From NCBI RefSeq assembly GCF_009914755.1, contig NC_060938.1: DNA of 64,000 nucleotides, one strand, 5' to 3'. The stretch comes from the human T2T-CHM13v2.0 reference genome, Homo sapiens. The translations under genes and the position numbers were made by a program. Shown in pieces: positions 39,764 to 52,445 of this stretch; position 1 is the first letter of the stretch, and each line of letters opens with the position of its first letter. The notes beneath the pieces are model-generated. The model was not told the DNA's origin, did not search any database, and saw only the letters and a program-made list of their open reading frames with translations.

Positions 39764-42100
39764 ATATAGATAGATAAAGTTAGCATCTCCATTTGACCAC
39801 ACATATCTTTATATTTCTCAAGATAGTTGTTTTCTACTATGTCGTATCAGGCTAAATTCTAAAGGTGGAGAAACAGAATCTTCATTTTTCCCCCTTTGGA
39901 TTCCCAGTTGCTAGTGGGAAATGATTCAAATAAGAATTTTTTTTCTGACCTGAAAAATAACTGCCCTCTGAAGACCAGACTGAAGAAACATATTTGGAAT
40001 ATGAAAATAAATGCAGGCAAGTTTGATTAAATTAGACGGAGCCTCTTTCACATGTTTGGACATAACATTTTATTAAAGAAATAACTAGCAGATCTAGAAA
40101 AAAATATATTCAGCTGAAGGGAGTAAAAAACCATCCTTTAATCCTTGAATGGATTAGAAATATTATAGTAGAAGAATTGTTGTAGGGTGAGCTAAAATTG
40201 TTTAAGCAATAGAAATAAATGATGCTGACTTGAAGAAAATGGGCAGTATCAGGAAAATCTCCAAATGACAGGCTCCAATGGAAAATAATGGGAGTCTTGG
40301 GGAAAATAATTTCAAGAAGCATAGTCTCATCCAGGTGCAAGACAAACTGCTCAATAGAGCTGAGGATCTTGATTTCTTTTTTTTTTTTTTTGTCGTTACA
40401 ATAATTAGGATATGCTAAGTTATGACTGTGGATATTTACTCAGGGGACAGTGTGTTGACCCTCACATCAGGCTCTGGTTTATAGCCTCAACCTATGTGAG
40501 TTCTGGTAAAGCTGGTCAATTATCATGAGCAACAGATGCCAAAAATCAGACTTGTGACTTACAAAGGAGCAATACTTGCAGGTCATATCAAGTCTTTTAA
40601 GCCATTCATTTACTTTATTTTATTTTAGGAGGGCTATTTTTGATAGATGTTAAACAACAGGAAAGCATGCCTTAGACATTTAACATTACAGTTGCTTAAG
40701 ACAACCTTAGAAGAAGAAAGGCACTCAAAGGCTGAGTGAACAGAGACATTTTGGAAGACAACTGAAACCTAGGCATCAAAATGTGAAGATGCACTGACTT
40801 TCTGTTCAATCCAGAAAAATAATAGGAAAAGAGGGAAAATGATGACAAATACAAAACCAGAAATTTGTCTTCTTTCCATGGAATTAGCAAGGATTGAAAA
40901 AAATCAATCAAGCTGCAATTTATGATGGCAAAACTCCTGGAATTGTGGAAGGTAGCAGTCTAAGCTGACTGTAGCACACGCAGCCAAGAGCCTTGGCTGG
41001 TGGCAAAAAAATATGCAGGAAGGTGATTCACTAAAGAGGTGTTTTATCTGCTTTTAGGATTCCTGATAGCCTCTGTGTGAGGGAAAGGAGGGAACCATAT
41101 ATACTGATGAGGACACATTCATTGTGAGCCATCAATAAGGCTGAAATTCACACATTTTCATGGGATTCTATGTTAGGAAACAGCACACATATTCAGGTTC
41201 CTCTTGCAGGGAAGGATTCTATCGATATCCAGTGTACACATATAAAGTCTTATATATATGTGTGTGTGTATAGATTTAGATTTCAGCTAAAATTGTTACT
41301 ATTACTGTATGAGATAGCTTCTCCCCACATTTTAAATATTCTATGTTTCTAGAAAAGGGAGACATATACATACAAGTCATCCAGAAAGAATTGTGAAAGA
41401 ATACCTGGAAGTCATACCTGGAAGAATTCTCGAAAGCGTGTACAGATTATGACACTGCCTACACACATATTTTTTACCTGAAAGGCAAGTGTAATATTCT
41501 GAGATTTGGGTGCCATTTAAGAAATGACAGCTTAGAAAAGAAAAAAAGAAGAAAGGAGTTTGGAATTGGCAGAAGATCGTGGTTAAATGCTGGCCTAACC
41601 ATAGTCAGACATAATATTCAGAGGACAAGGCAGGTACAATGGTGATTTTAAATGTGTATCAGAATTCCAAGTTGTTTCCACTGAGCAGCATAGAAGGTGG
41701 GCAGCACATAGACAAGGGAAGCAGGTCCTATGGAATCACGAGCAGAGGTAATTACAGCAGGCAGTGGGGAGGAGAATTCTTTCCATGTGTGTTGGTTCCC
41801 GGGCTCTGGACCAGGCTACTAGCAAGTATGGCATCTCTAGAAACAAGTTCATGGTGACTAGAACTTTGATTTAGAGAAAAAAATGAAAGTCTAGAGGTAC
41901 CATTGTCTTCTGTTGGAGGTTGCTTAATGCTAAGTTATTAACTAACATGATTTCACATCTTAGAGTGTCTGGAAACTAGAGCAAGGCCAAAAGGTCCAGC
42001 TACACAGAATTGCACACAGAAGTAAAAGTGGAGGCAGGGGAATTAGGTAGACCTTGGCAAAAAGAAGTCTAGGTTCACATTCTATGGTAGGCGGATTACT

Positions 42101-42141
<41 letters not shown>

Positions 42142-42392
42142 TTATATATATATATATATATATAGGAAAATAAGCTCTTTGATCTGTATATGTACAAATA
42201 TATATATTTATATATATCCATATATGTATAAATATATAAATATATTTTTAAATATTTACATATTAAATTTAAATATTTAAATATTAAAAATTTATATATA
42301 CATATATTATATATGTATAAATATATTCATATTTATATATTTATACATATATATTTATACATATACAGATCAAAGAGCTTATTTTCCTATAT
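42101..42392. repeat. (TC)n(TA)n microsatellite followed by an AT-rich inverted repeat (perfect 35-bp arms at 42160-42194 and 42358-42392)
   Basis: atataggaaaataagctctttgatctgtatatgta is the exact reverse complement of tacatatacagatcaaagagcttattttcctatat. Confidence 0.97.
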
Positions 42393-42970
42393 TCAAAATG
42401 TCATTGAACTCTGATGCAAATATAATCTATATACATCCAAATTACCTTTTTCTAATCATACTTCATCTATGTAATTACTATTAATGTTTACTGTTTTTGT
42501 TTGTTTTTTTCCAGTTACAGGTTTGTGATTTTTTGTTGGTTTGTTTATTGCTATTTAGAAAAAGGTCAGTTGCTCTCTGTAGAGGCAGGGACAGAAGGTC
42601 TCCTTGGAGGAGGTCTTTTTGTCCTAGAAAGTTCACATAGCCCTTTTATAATAGTTGTTTTAGTGTAGAGTGATTAAACATCTATTGCTGTAGGAAATGG
42701 GTTATTAGGACCTTACATATTTCATTCTGAGGTTTAATTTTTTTCTTTATTATTGATGCAATTATTAATGGCTTGTCACTGAAGCTCCTAAGGCTTTCAT
42801 GATAGAATACTGAATATACTACCAGATGAAATTGTACCTGTGTGCTTGTGGCTTTTTGTGACTGAAAAAGAACATAAAATTTAAAACATTAAAATTTTAG
42901 ATCTCTACATGCTAAGGAAATTCAACATATGGAAGGTCATTCTCTTATTAAATGCATTTTTTAATGTCTA

Positions 42971-43578
42971 CATGATAGGCAGAATTCTAAGAATGACTCC
43001 CCAACATTCCATCACCTGTATAATCTGTACCTTTTTGAGCGTGGGTGGAACCTGTGAAAATATTGGGATACCACTCCCAGGATTATGTTACATTACATTT
43101 CAAAAGGGAAATATCTGCACTCGTCTAATCTATCATGTGAGCCTTTTTAAGATGGAAGAGCTTTTTGTTCAAGCTCTTCCATCTTAAAAGATGGAAGGTA
43201 GAGAGAGTCAAAGCATGAGAAGGATTTGAGGTGCCATAGCTGGCTTCTGGATAGGAAGGGCCACATGACAGCCTCTAGAAGGTCAGAGTGTCCCCCTGCT
43301 GACAACCAGCAAGGAAATGATGACCTGTGCATCCTACAGATTCAAAGAACTGAATTATGACAACAGTCCGAATTGGCTTGGAAGCAGATTCATCCCCAGA
43401 TCCCAGAGCTCAGCCTGGCTGACAACTTCCTTTTGGCCTGTGATACCATAAGCAGAGAACCTAGTCAAATGCACCTGGACTTCTGACCCATGGAAAGTGT
43501 ATGATAATAAACGGGTGTTGTTTAAGCAGCTAAATATGTGGCCATTTGTTATTCAGCAATAGAAAACCAATAGAATAT
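42971..43578 (+). mobile_element. MLT1E-type MaLR LTR
   Basis: taggcagaattctaagaatgactcccc...gctgacaaccagcaaggaaatg...gcagagaacctagtc...ttgttattcagcaatagaaaaccaata. Confidence 0.88.
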
Positions 43579-43589
43579 ACCATGCATAA

Positions 43590-43830
43590 ACTCTGTGTGA
43601 AGTGTTGAAACACGAGATGAATAGAACACTATCACTTCTTTTGAGATGTTTACAGCATAGTGAACAAGACAGATGCATAAACACCAAATATAATTATAAT
43701 GTATTAAATTCAGTGATAGGAGTTGTTTATAAAATGATATGGGTACCCATAGCATTTTATATGCGGTAGTGAATTCTGCCTAGGGAAATCAGAAGAGACC
43801 TTTCAGAGACTGTGAGTGTTGAATCCTATA
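43590..43830 (-). mobile_element. L2 fragment
   Basis: gagatgtttacagcatagtgaacaagacagatgcataaacac...aattctgcctagggaaatcagaagagacctttc. Confidence 0.6.
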
Positions 43831-44169
43831 ATGAAAAATAATATATAACAGAGACACATAATATTGCTGAGCGAAAGAGACACAAATTCTTAATGCATGA
43901 ATATTCACAACTCTACAAACTGATTGAAGGTACAAAGAAGGCCAACTTCAATTTTATAGGAAATTAACTGGTATAAGGGTGAATGTACCTTAGTGTTTGA
44001 AGAAATAGTTCTATCTTAGAATATTTATTTTATTATGTGGCAGAGAGACTTCCTCCAGCTTATTCTGACTGAGCAACACTGATCATCAATGAGTAACTTA
44101 ATTGAATTTCTGCAATGTATTTAATAGCTTCACTAGCTCAGAAAAGTAAGTTTAAGCTTTGCAAATTGC

Positions 44170-44630
44170 TGTATCAGCTAAGATTAGATTCATCTGGTAG
44201 TGCCTGCAAACCCCCAATGACAGTGGCTTTAACAAGATGGCGTTTTCTTCTCTGTCTTGTAAAGGTATTGAGATTTGCACTTGGATGGGAGTGATTATGG
44301 TGGCTCCACTACGTCAGGGACCTGGGCTTTTGTGGCTCTGAAGCACATATAGTTTGTATTCCCATGGAGAGCTCATGATCTAATTGTCTGTTGCAATTCC
44401 AGGATTTACATCTATATTCCACCCAGAGGGAAGGAGTAAGGATTCTTATGCTAACCATACCCTTACACCCCAGCAAGATTACTACCCCGAAGTTGCCAAT
44501 ATCACTTTTATTTATATATCACCCATCAGACCTTAGTCACATGGTCACATCTATCTGCAAGAAGGCTGGAAAATGTAGTAATATTTAAGATGGGCCATGT
44601 ATTCTACTAGAAGTTTTAGATTATATTACT
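44170..44630 (-). mobile_element. MLT1J-like MaLR LTR
   Basis: tgtatcagctaagattag...cagtggctttaacaagat...cttagtcacatggtcacatctatctgcaagaaggctggaaaatgtagt. Confidence 0.75.
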
Positions 44631-46082
44631 GAACATTATGAAAGTTATGTACTTTGGATAGGAATCAACTAGAAGTAAGTACTCATATATTTCCTTTAAG
44701 TTTTAAATTTGTTCACTTTGAGAAAAGCTGAGATATTTTAACATCAGTGATATTTTAAAATACTGTTTAAAAATACCATTTCCCAAAGTTTTTAACTTCA
44801 GGTAGTAAAAGGTCACTTAACAATGTATTGGAAGAAAGTATAGATGTACTAAGAACCACAATTACATATAGAGTAAATGATAGTTATTTATTTTCAAAAA
44901 AAAGAGCATAAAATATACCATTTCCAAGGATACGGTGTTATTTCCTCACCTTTAATCACTAGACATTCAAGAAAACTAGTTTAAAGTTTGAAAGTGCATT
45001 ATTCACATTCTAATTAGAATGTATGTTACAGAAGTTGATGGACAAAAGTTTTAAAACAGTTCATACAGCTCACAAAAAATTTCTGAACTTAATAAATCTA
45101 ACTTGACAGGAGATAACAGAGACTCTTTCATGGGGACTTGAGTAAATACAATGTATAAACAGATTTGTTTTTAGCTAAATTTTTCTTACTTAGAAATTGA
45201 AAGTAGGTTTGTAAGGGTAAATATCTTTGGATAGTTACTTGAATGAATGTTAGCAAAAGTTTATCCAGAAAAGAAGAATGGTGGAAGTAAAATCTTCAAT
45301 AATAGCCTTGAGAAATAACAGCTCAGAAACACAAGAAACATGAAAATTAGCAGTATAGCAATCATTGCAGGGAGAAGAACAGGTATGGAGTGCCTGAAAA
45401 AGCTCCCATCCCCAGAGAACTGTTGCTATTTGACGTATTTGGCAGATTCCTGGACTTGTCTTTATTTGCAGAGTTTGTGTTTATTTGACCTGATTCAGAG
45501 CTCACATAATGAGCAAACCCCTACTTCCAAGACATTTGGAAAAATCCATTAGTGGCAATTATTTAACACATCAGTTGCCTAAAGTAGCTGTAACAGTTGG
45601 GGCAGACAAGAGGCTGACCAAAAATTTTAAAATGAAAATCTGGAAAATGAGATGTCCATAGGAGGCTTTGGAGAGCTCCAATTATACCCCTAGGCTACAC
45701 ACATGTGCAGGGATGTGTGCATGCCTAGGGAAGATCTTATCTTCTGGTTAACGCTGAGGGATTTCAAAGCAACTCATGAAGTCTAAAGCAGAATTATAAA
45801 CTGCTGGAGAATTGAAGATATGCCCTAACATGCAATAGAGCAAAGGGTAAAAGAGTTATTAGTGGCATTATGTAAAACTATCTCTCTTCAATCATTGTCT
45901 AACCACTGAGCTGACCAAACAAAAACTTCACTGATTACGTACTACATTGAAAGACTTTTCAAAATTAATACAGGAAAGTCACTAAACAAACAAACAGCAG
46001 CAAACATCAACAACAAGAAACACTGGGAGAAGGTAGTACATGATGCCTAGAATTTTCACATTATATTATTTAACATTTTCAG

Positions 46083-46393
<311 letters not shown>

Positions 46394-47024
46394 AACATTT
46401 TGTTTTTAACAAAAATCTATGAGACATACAAGAAACAGGAAAGTAGTCCCCATACACAGCAACAGCCAAACAAAATTAAATAACAGTCAGTGAAAACGGT
46501 TCCTGAGCAAGCCTGTTTGTTGGACTCACTAGACAACGTATTTATTTACTTTAAATATGTTCAAAGAATTAAAGGAAACTATATAGAAAGAACTAAAGGA
46601 AAGTGTGGTACAATGCCTCAACAAACAGAATATTAATAAAAAGATCGAAAGTATTTTTAAAAGGTCAAATACTAATTCTACAGGTGAAAAGTACAATAAA
46701 TTGAATTAAAAATTTTCCAGAGAGGCTTAACAGCAGATTTTTGCAGGCAGGAGAGAAAATTGAGGAATGTCAAGATAGGTACATTGATATCATTCAGTTT
46801 TAGAAACAGGGAAAAAATGAGGGAAAATGAAGTGCCTCAGAAACCTATGGAACACCATTATGTGTACCAATAATCAAATTCACAGAAGGACAGAGAAGAA
46901 GGAACAGAAAGCATATTTGAATAAATAATGGCTGAAAACCTTGCAAATTTGATGAAAAACTTTAATCTACACATTGAAGAAGTTCAACAAATTCCAAGTA
47001 GGATACACTCTAAGATTTTCCTAC

Positions 47025-47546
47025 TATGATGATTAATTTTACATGTCAACTTGTCTGGGCCATGAGGTGCTGAGACATTTGGTCACACATTATTGTGGAT
47101 GTTTCTGTAAAGGTATTTTTGGATAAGATTAACATTTAAATCAGTAGACTGAGTAGAAGAGTTTGCCCTACATAATGTGGGTGGCCTTCATCCAATAAAG
47201 GGCTGAATATAATAAAAAAGCCAACCATCCTCAAAGTAGGAGAGAACTTTTCCTGCCTTATGGCCTTCAAAATGGGACATTGGGTTTTTTCCTGCCTTAG
47301 TACTCAAACTGAAACTTTGTCTCTTCCTGAGTCTCAAGACTTCTGGCCTTCAGATAGGAACTACACCATTGGCCCTGGTGTTCAGGTCTTTAGCTCTCCT
47401 GAGCTTCCAACTTGGTAACTCAACTCACCCTGAAGATCTTGAGATTTACCAGCCTTCATATATCTGTATTTTATATATAATGAATATCTTTATACGCACT
47501 CACACACGTCCTACTGGGTCTTCTCTGAAGAACCTTGACTGATGCT
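47025..47546 (+). mobile_element. MLT2 (MLT2C/D-like, ERVL) solo LTR
   Basis: tatgatgattaattttacatgtcaacttgtctgggcca...tctctgaagaaccttgactgat. TSD ccta(c/t). Confidence 0.88.
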
Positions 47547-48054
47547 CCTATCTAGATATATCATGGTCAAGCTCTTGAAACCAAAGACAAGAACAGAATC
47601 TTAAAAGTCAAAAAAGAAAACTGTCTCATCAATAAGACTAACAGCTAACATTATATCAAAAACCATAGAGGCTAAAAGGCAGTGAGATGGCATATTCAAA
47701 TTACTGAAAGAAAAATATTGCAACCAAAACTATATATTCAGGAAAACTATCCATCAAAAACTAAAAAGAAGTGAAGACATTTCAAGATAAACAAAAACTA
47801 AGGATTCAATGCTAGCAGAACTTCCCTACAAGACATACTAAAGGCTTCAGGCTGAAATGAACAGACACTAGATAATAACTTGAATCCATATAAAGAAATA
47901 AAAAGCATTAGTAGAGGTAATTTTATAGGTAAATATAAAAGATAACATAAATTTATTTTTGTTGATAATTTTTTTCTTCTATTTGATTAAAAAACTATAA
48001 AAAGTAATAATTAAAAAACTGTGATTATATAATATATAATGATCCTATACTGTG

Positions 48055-48419
48055 TGTTTTAGTCAGTTTTCACACTGCTATAAATATACTACCTGAGACT
48101 GGGTAATTTGCAAACCTAAGAGGTTTAATTGACTCACAGTTCTGCATGGCTATGGAGGCTTCAGGAAACTTGCGATCATGGCAGAAGGGGAGGAGAAGCA
48201 GGCACCTTCTTCACATGGTGTCAGGAGAGAGAGAGAGAGCAGGGGAAACTGCCACTTTTAAACCTTCAGATCTCATGAGAACTCCCTCACTATCATGAGA
48301 ACAGGATGGGGGAAACCGCCCCCATGATCCAATCACGTCCCACAAGGTCCCTTGCTGGACATGTGCGGGTTACAATTCAAGATGAGATTTGGGTGGGGAC
48401 ACAGACCCAAACCATATCA
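48055..48419 (-). mobile_element. THE1D-like MaLR solo LTR
   Basis: tgttttagtcagttttcacactgctataaa...gatgagatttgggtggggacacagacccaaaccatatca. TSD ctgt(g/a). Confidence 0.92.
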
Positions 48420-51400
48420 CTGTATAATGTATAATGATCTTATAATATAAAAAGATGTAATTCTGTGAACATAAAACATAAGAAGGAGGAAGGAAACGTT
48501 GTTATGCAGCAAAGTTTGTGTATGCAATTGAAATTTAGTTGATATTAATCTTAACTAGAGTATTTTAGATGATAATAATAATTCCCAGAGAAATTATTAA
48601 GATAATTCATACAAATATGTAGTAAAGAAGAAAACAAAAATATAATTAGCATGATCCACCAAAAAAAAATCTAACACAAAAGGCAGTGATGGAAGAAGAA
48701 AGCACAGAAAGACATGAGATAAAAACAGCCAAATTACCAATGTAAATCTTACTATAATATCAATATAATAATAATATACAATAATATTAAATATAAATGA
48801 TGAATTGTATACTCAGAACAAAAGGCAGAAATTGGAAAAATGTATTATTCAACAACGTACTCTCTATTAAAGTCATACTTTAGATTCAACGAAAAAGAGA
48901 TTGAAAGTAAAAGGATGGAGAAAAATTAGCATGGAAAGAGTAAATAAAAGATAACAAGTGTGATTGTATTAATATTAAATTTAAAAGACTTTAATACAAA
49001 AATGTATTTTTGGAGATAAACAGTGACATCTATAATAATAAAAATGTCAATCCATTAGGAAGTTGTAACATTATAAACAGGTAAACACCTAACAGAGCCG
49101 CAGAATACGTGAAGTAATAACTGACAAAATTGAAGTAACAATAGATAATTCAACAATAATAGATGTCGAACTCAATATTCCACTTCCAACAATAGCTGGA
49201 ACAACAGGTAGAAAATCACAAGAAAATAAATTATGTGAACAACACTATCAGCCAACAAGATTTAAGAGACATCTATTGAACATCCCATCCCACACCACAT
49301 GGAGCTGTCTTGGGTAGACCATATGTTATGCCACAAGACAAGCCATAATAAATTTAAAATGATCAAAATGACACAAAAGTGTATTGTATAACCACAATAA
49401 AATGCAATTAGAAATTAAAAACAAGTAAATTTGGGAAATTCACAAATATGTGGAAATTAAACAATACATTTCTAAATAATCAATAGGTCAAAGGAGAAAT
49501 GGAAAAAGGAAATAGAAAATACTTTTAGATGAAAAAAGCTGATAATATATCAAAACTTAGAAAGTGCAGCTAAATTGATGGTCAGAGGGAAATTTATAGC
49601 TGTAAATGTGTATATTAGAAAGGTAGAAAGATCTTAAACATTACCTCAAGAAACTAGAAAAAAAATCTAAATACAAAGCAAAAAGAAATAAGAAAACAAT
49701 AAAGATTAGGCTGGAAATAAATGAAATAGAGAATAGAAAAACAACAGAAAAGAGTAGTGGAACCCAAATTTGGTTTTTGGAAAAGGCCAACAAAATTGAC
49801 AAATCTTTAGTTAGAAGGTCAAAGAAAATATACAGAAATAAAAAATAAGGAATATAAAATCAAGACCTAAAGGGGATGCTACTGACCTTATGGAAATATA
49901 TATAAGATAATACTATACCATGACAACTGTGTATCAACAAGTTAGGTAAATTAAATGCTATGGACCAAATTATAGAAAGATACAAACTACCAAAAATCAA
50001 GAAGAAACAAAAAATTGAAATAGATTCAAAACAAGTAAAAAAAATGAGTACATTAAAACCTTTTTACAACTAAAAGTCTAGGCTTCACTGATGAATTCAA
50101 CTAAAGGTTTAAAGAATAAATAATAGCAATTCTTTACAAACTCTTCCAAAAAATAAAAAAGGGGAGAAAACTTACCAATTCATTCTATGGGAGCAGTATT
50201 ACTTTGATACCATGGTGTAAGATGATACAAAAAGAATAAACTAAATTACTAGCAAATTACTAGCCAAATTACTAGCAAAATGAATCCGGCAACATATAAA
50301 AAGTATTATATACAATCACCAGTCACCAGGCAGGATTTATTCCAGGAATGCAAGGTTGTTTTAAAATGTGAAAATCAATGTAATATACCACATTAATAAA
50401 GGACAAAAAAAAAGTGATCTTCTTAACAGATGTAAAAAAAGAATTTGACAAAATAAACGACTCTTTGTGAAATAAATACTCAGTGACCTACAAATAGGAC
50501 TTCTTCAATGTCATCAAGATAAATGTCATATCAAGAATGGACAGTCTCACCACTTTTATTTAATATTACACTAGATTTTTTAGCCAGGGCAATTAGTCAA
50601 GAAAATAATTAAAAGTCATCCAGATTGAAAATACAGAAGTGAAACTACCTCTGTTCTCAGATGATAATTTTATATATGTAGACAGTCCTAAAGAAGCCAC
50701 AAAACACTACTAGAATTAGGAAACAATTTCAGCAAAGTCTTAGGAAACAAGATCAACATACAAAAATCTATTATATTTCTATACATTAGCCATGAATATT
50801 TTGAAAATGAAATTTAAAAACAATTTACAACAACATGAAAAAGGATAAAATGTATGAATAAATTAAAGAGGTACAAGACTTTTACACTAAAACCTACAAA
50901 ACATTGTTGGATGAAATTAAAAGAGGTAAACAAATTGGAAAGACATGCTATGCTCATAGATTAGAAGATAAAACCATAAAGATGGCTTCAGGCTTCATTC
51001 CCCTATTGATCTACAGATTCAATGCATTTTCTTTTTTCTTATCTTATCTTTTTTTTTGCAGAAATTGGGAAACTGATCCTAAAATTCATATGGAAATGAA
51101 AGGAATGCAAATAAATTTAATGAGTGACAAAAGAATATTTTATAAAAAGGAAACAATGATATTTTGGATTCTTCTCTACCCTGACCCTTCTTTAACTTTA
51201 GGAGCCTTTAGGGTTGAGACTGATTATAGTTCAAGGAAGAAAAAATATAAAATGTCCATGATTTCCCTCCCCTCTCTACTGAAAACAAACTATGAGTTTG
51301 GTTCAGGAACAGAGAAAACAAACAAACAAACAAAAACAAGCAAAAAGCAAGTGCCTCGTATAAAATTGAATAGAGACATTTTAAATCAGGACCCAGGACC

Positions 51401-51493
51401 ATTTCAGTGTGTTTTCAAAACTTCTGCCCCCTAAGGCCTCCCTGAGATGAAGTGGCATGCCCTTCTCAATATGGAATTAAGCATGGTATTTCG

Positions 51494-51839
51494 TTTTTTT
51501 TTTGTTTTTTTTTTTTTTTTGTTTTTTTTGAGATGGAGTTTTGCTCTTGTTGCCCAGGCTGGTAATAGTGTGATCTCGGCTCATCTCAACCTCCCTATCC
51601 CGGGTTCAAGCGATTCTCCTGCCTCAGCCTCCTGAGTAGCTGAGATTACAAGTGCCCACCAGCACGCTTGGCTAATTTTGTATTTTTAGTAGAGATGGGG
51701 TTTCTCCATATTGGTCAGGCTGGTCTCGAACTCCCGACCTCAGGTGATCCACCTGAATTCAACCAGGTAACCAGTGTGGTCTCTTCTGCTATCAAAACAC
51801 TAGTGCTAAGATTACAGGCCAGTGCCACCACACCCAGCC
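51494..51839 (-). mobile_element. AluSp-like carrying a non-Alu templated insertion at 51754-51800
   Basis: AluSp diagnostics (tttctccatattggtcagg, actcccgacc). The Alu sequence breaks after ccacctg and resumes at agtgct. Confidence 0.93.
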
Positions 51840-52239
51840 TGAATATTTCAATTTTTAAACTGTCTCCTCATGCCCTGCAGTTCCTCTTAGCAGCCCAGTG
51901 AGAGAAGCGCAGGCTCCTGCCTCTGAATTTAACTGACAGGAATGAATCATGCTCATTCAGAGAAACGACCTGCATTTTGTCAGATGCCATGCTCTGCACA
52001 GTCTCCTCTCAATGGGATAGCCAGACAGCATGCAGAGTCACAGCGCACAAGGTTAGCAGGTGGAAAAGAAATCATGGCAAGCCTGTAAGGAGAATCATGG
52101 TCCTGGAGAAAAAAGTATTGTCCTTTAATAGCCACTGAGTTAATACTGTTCATTACAGTATAATTTCTGGCAGAAGGCTCAGTCTTTATCCCTGTACTTC
52201 TGGTTCTTAAGCCAGAGCATGACTTAGGTGTTGGGAAGA

Positions 52240-52445
52240 GAAGCTGTTGTGTGTAAGAGAATGGACTTTGAGAGTGAAAAATCTATGTTTGGGTCTTAGC
52301 TCTGGAACTTGAAGAGGCAAAGTGATATGGCCAAGGTCTCACAGCTACAATGGTCAAGCTTCCTCAACTGTGAAATGCCAGTAACAATAGTGTTTTCTTC
52401 ATAGAGTTGCTATAAGGATTAAGGTATCGAAAGCATGTTAAGCAC
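52240..52445 (+). mobile_element. MIR with an internal 49-bp inversion (52305-52353)
   Basis: Flanks are sense MIR (atggactttgagag...gctctg and tcaagcttcctcaactgtgaaatg...catagagttgctataaggattaa). The middle is antisense MIR core. Confidence 0.8.

Noticed and set aside
50904-51434. 176-aa ORF
   Set aside because: Frameshifted L1 ORF2 remnant running into low-complexity flank.
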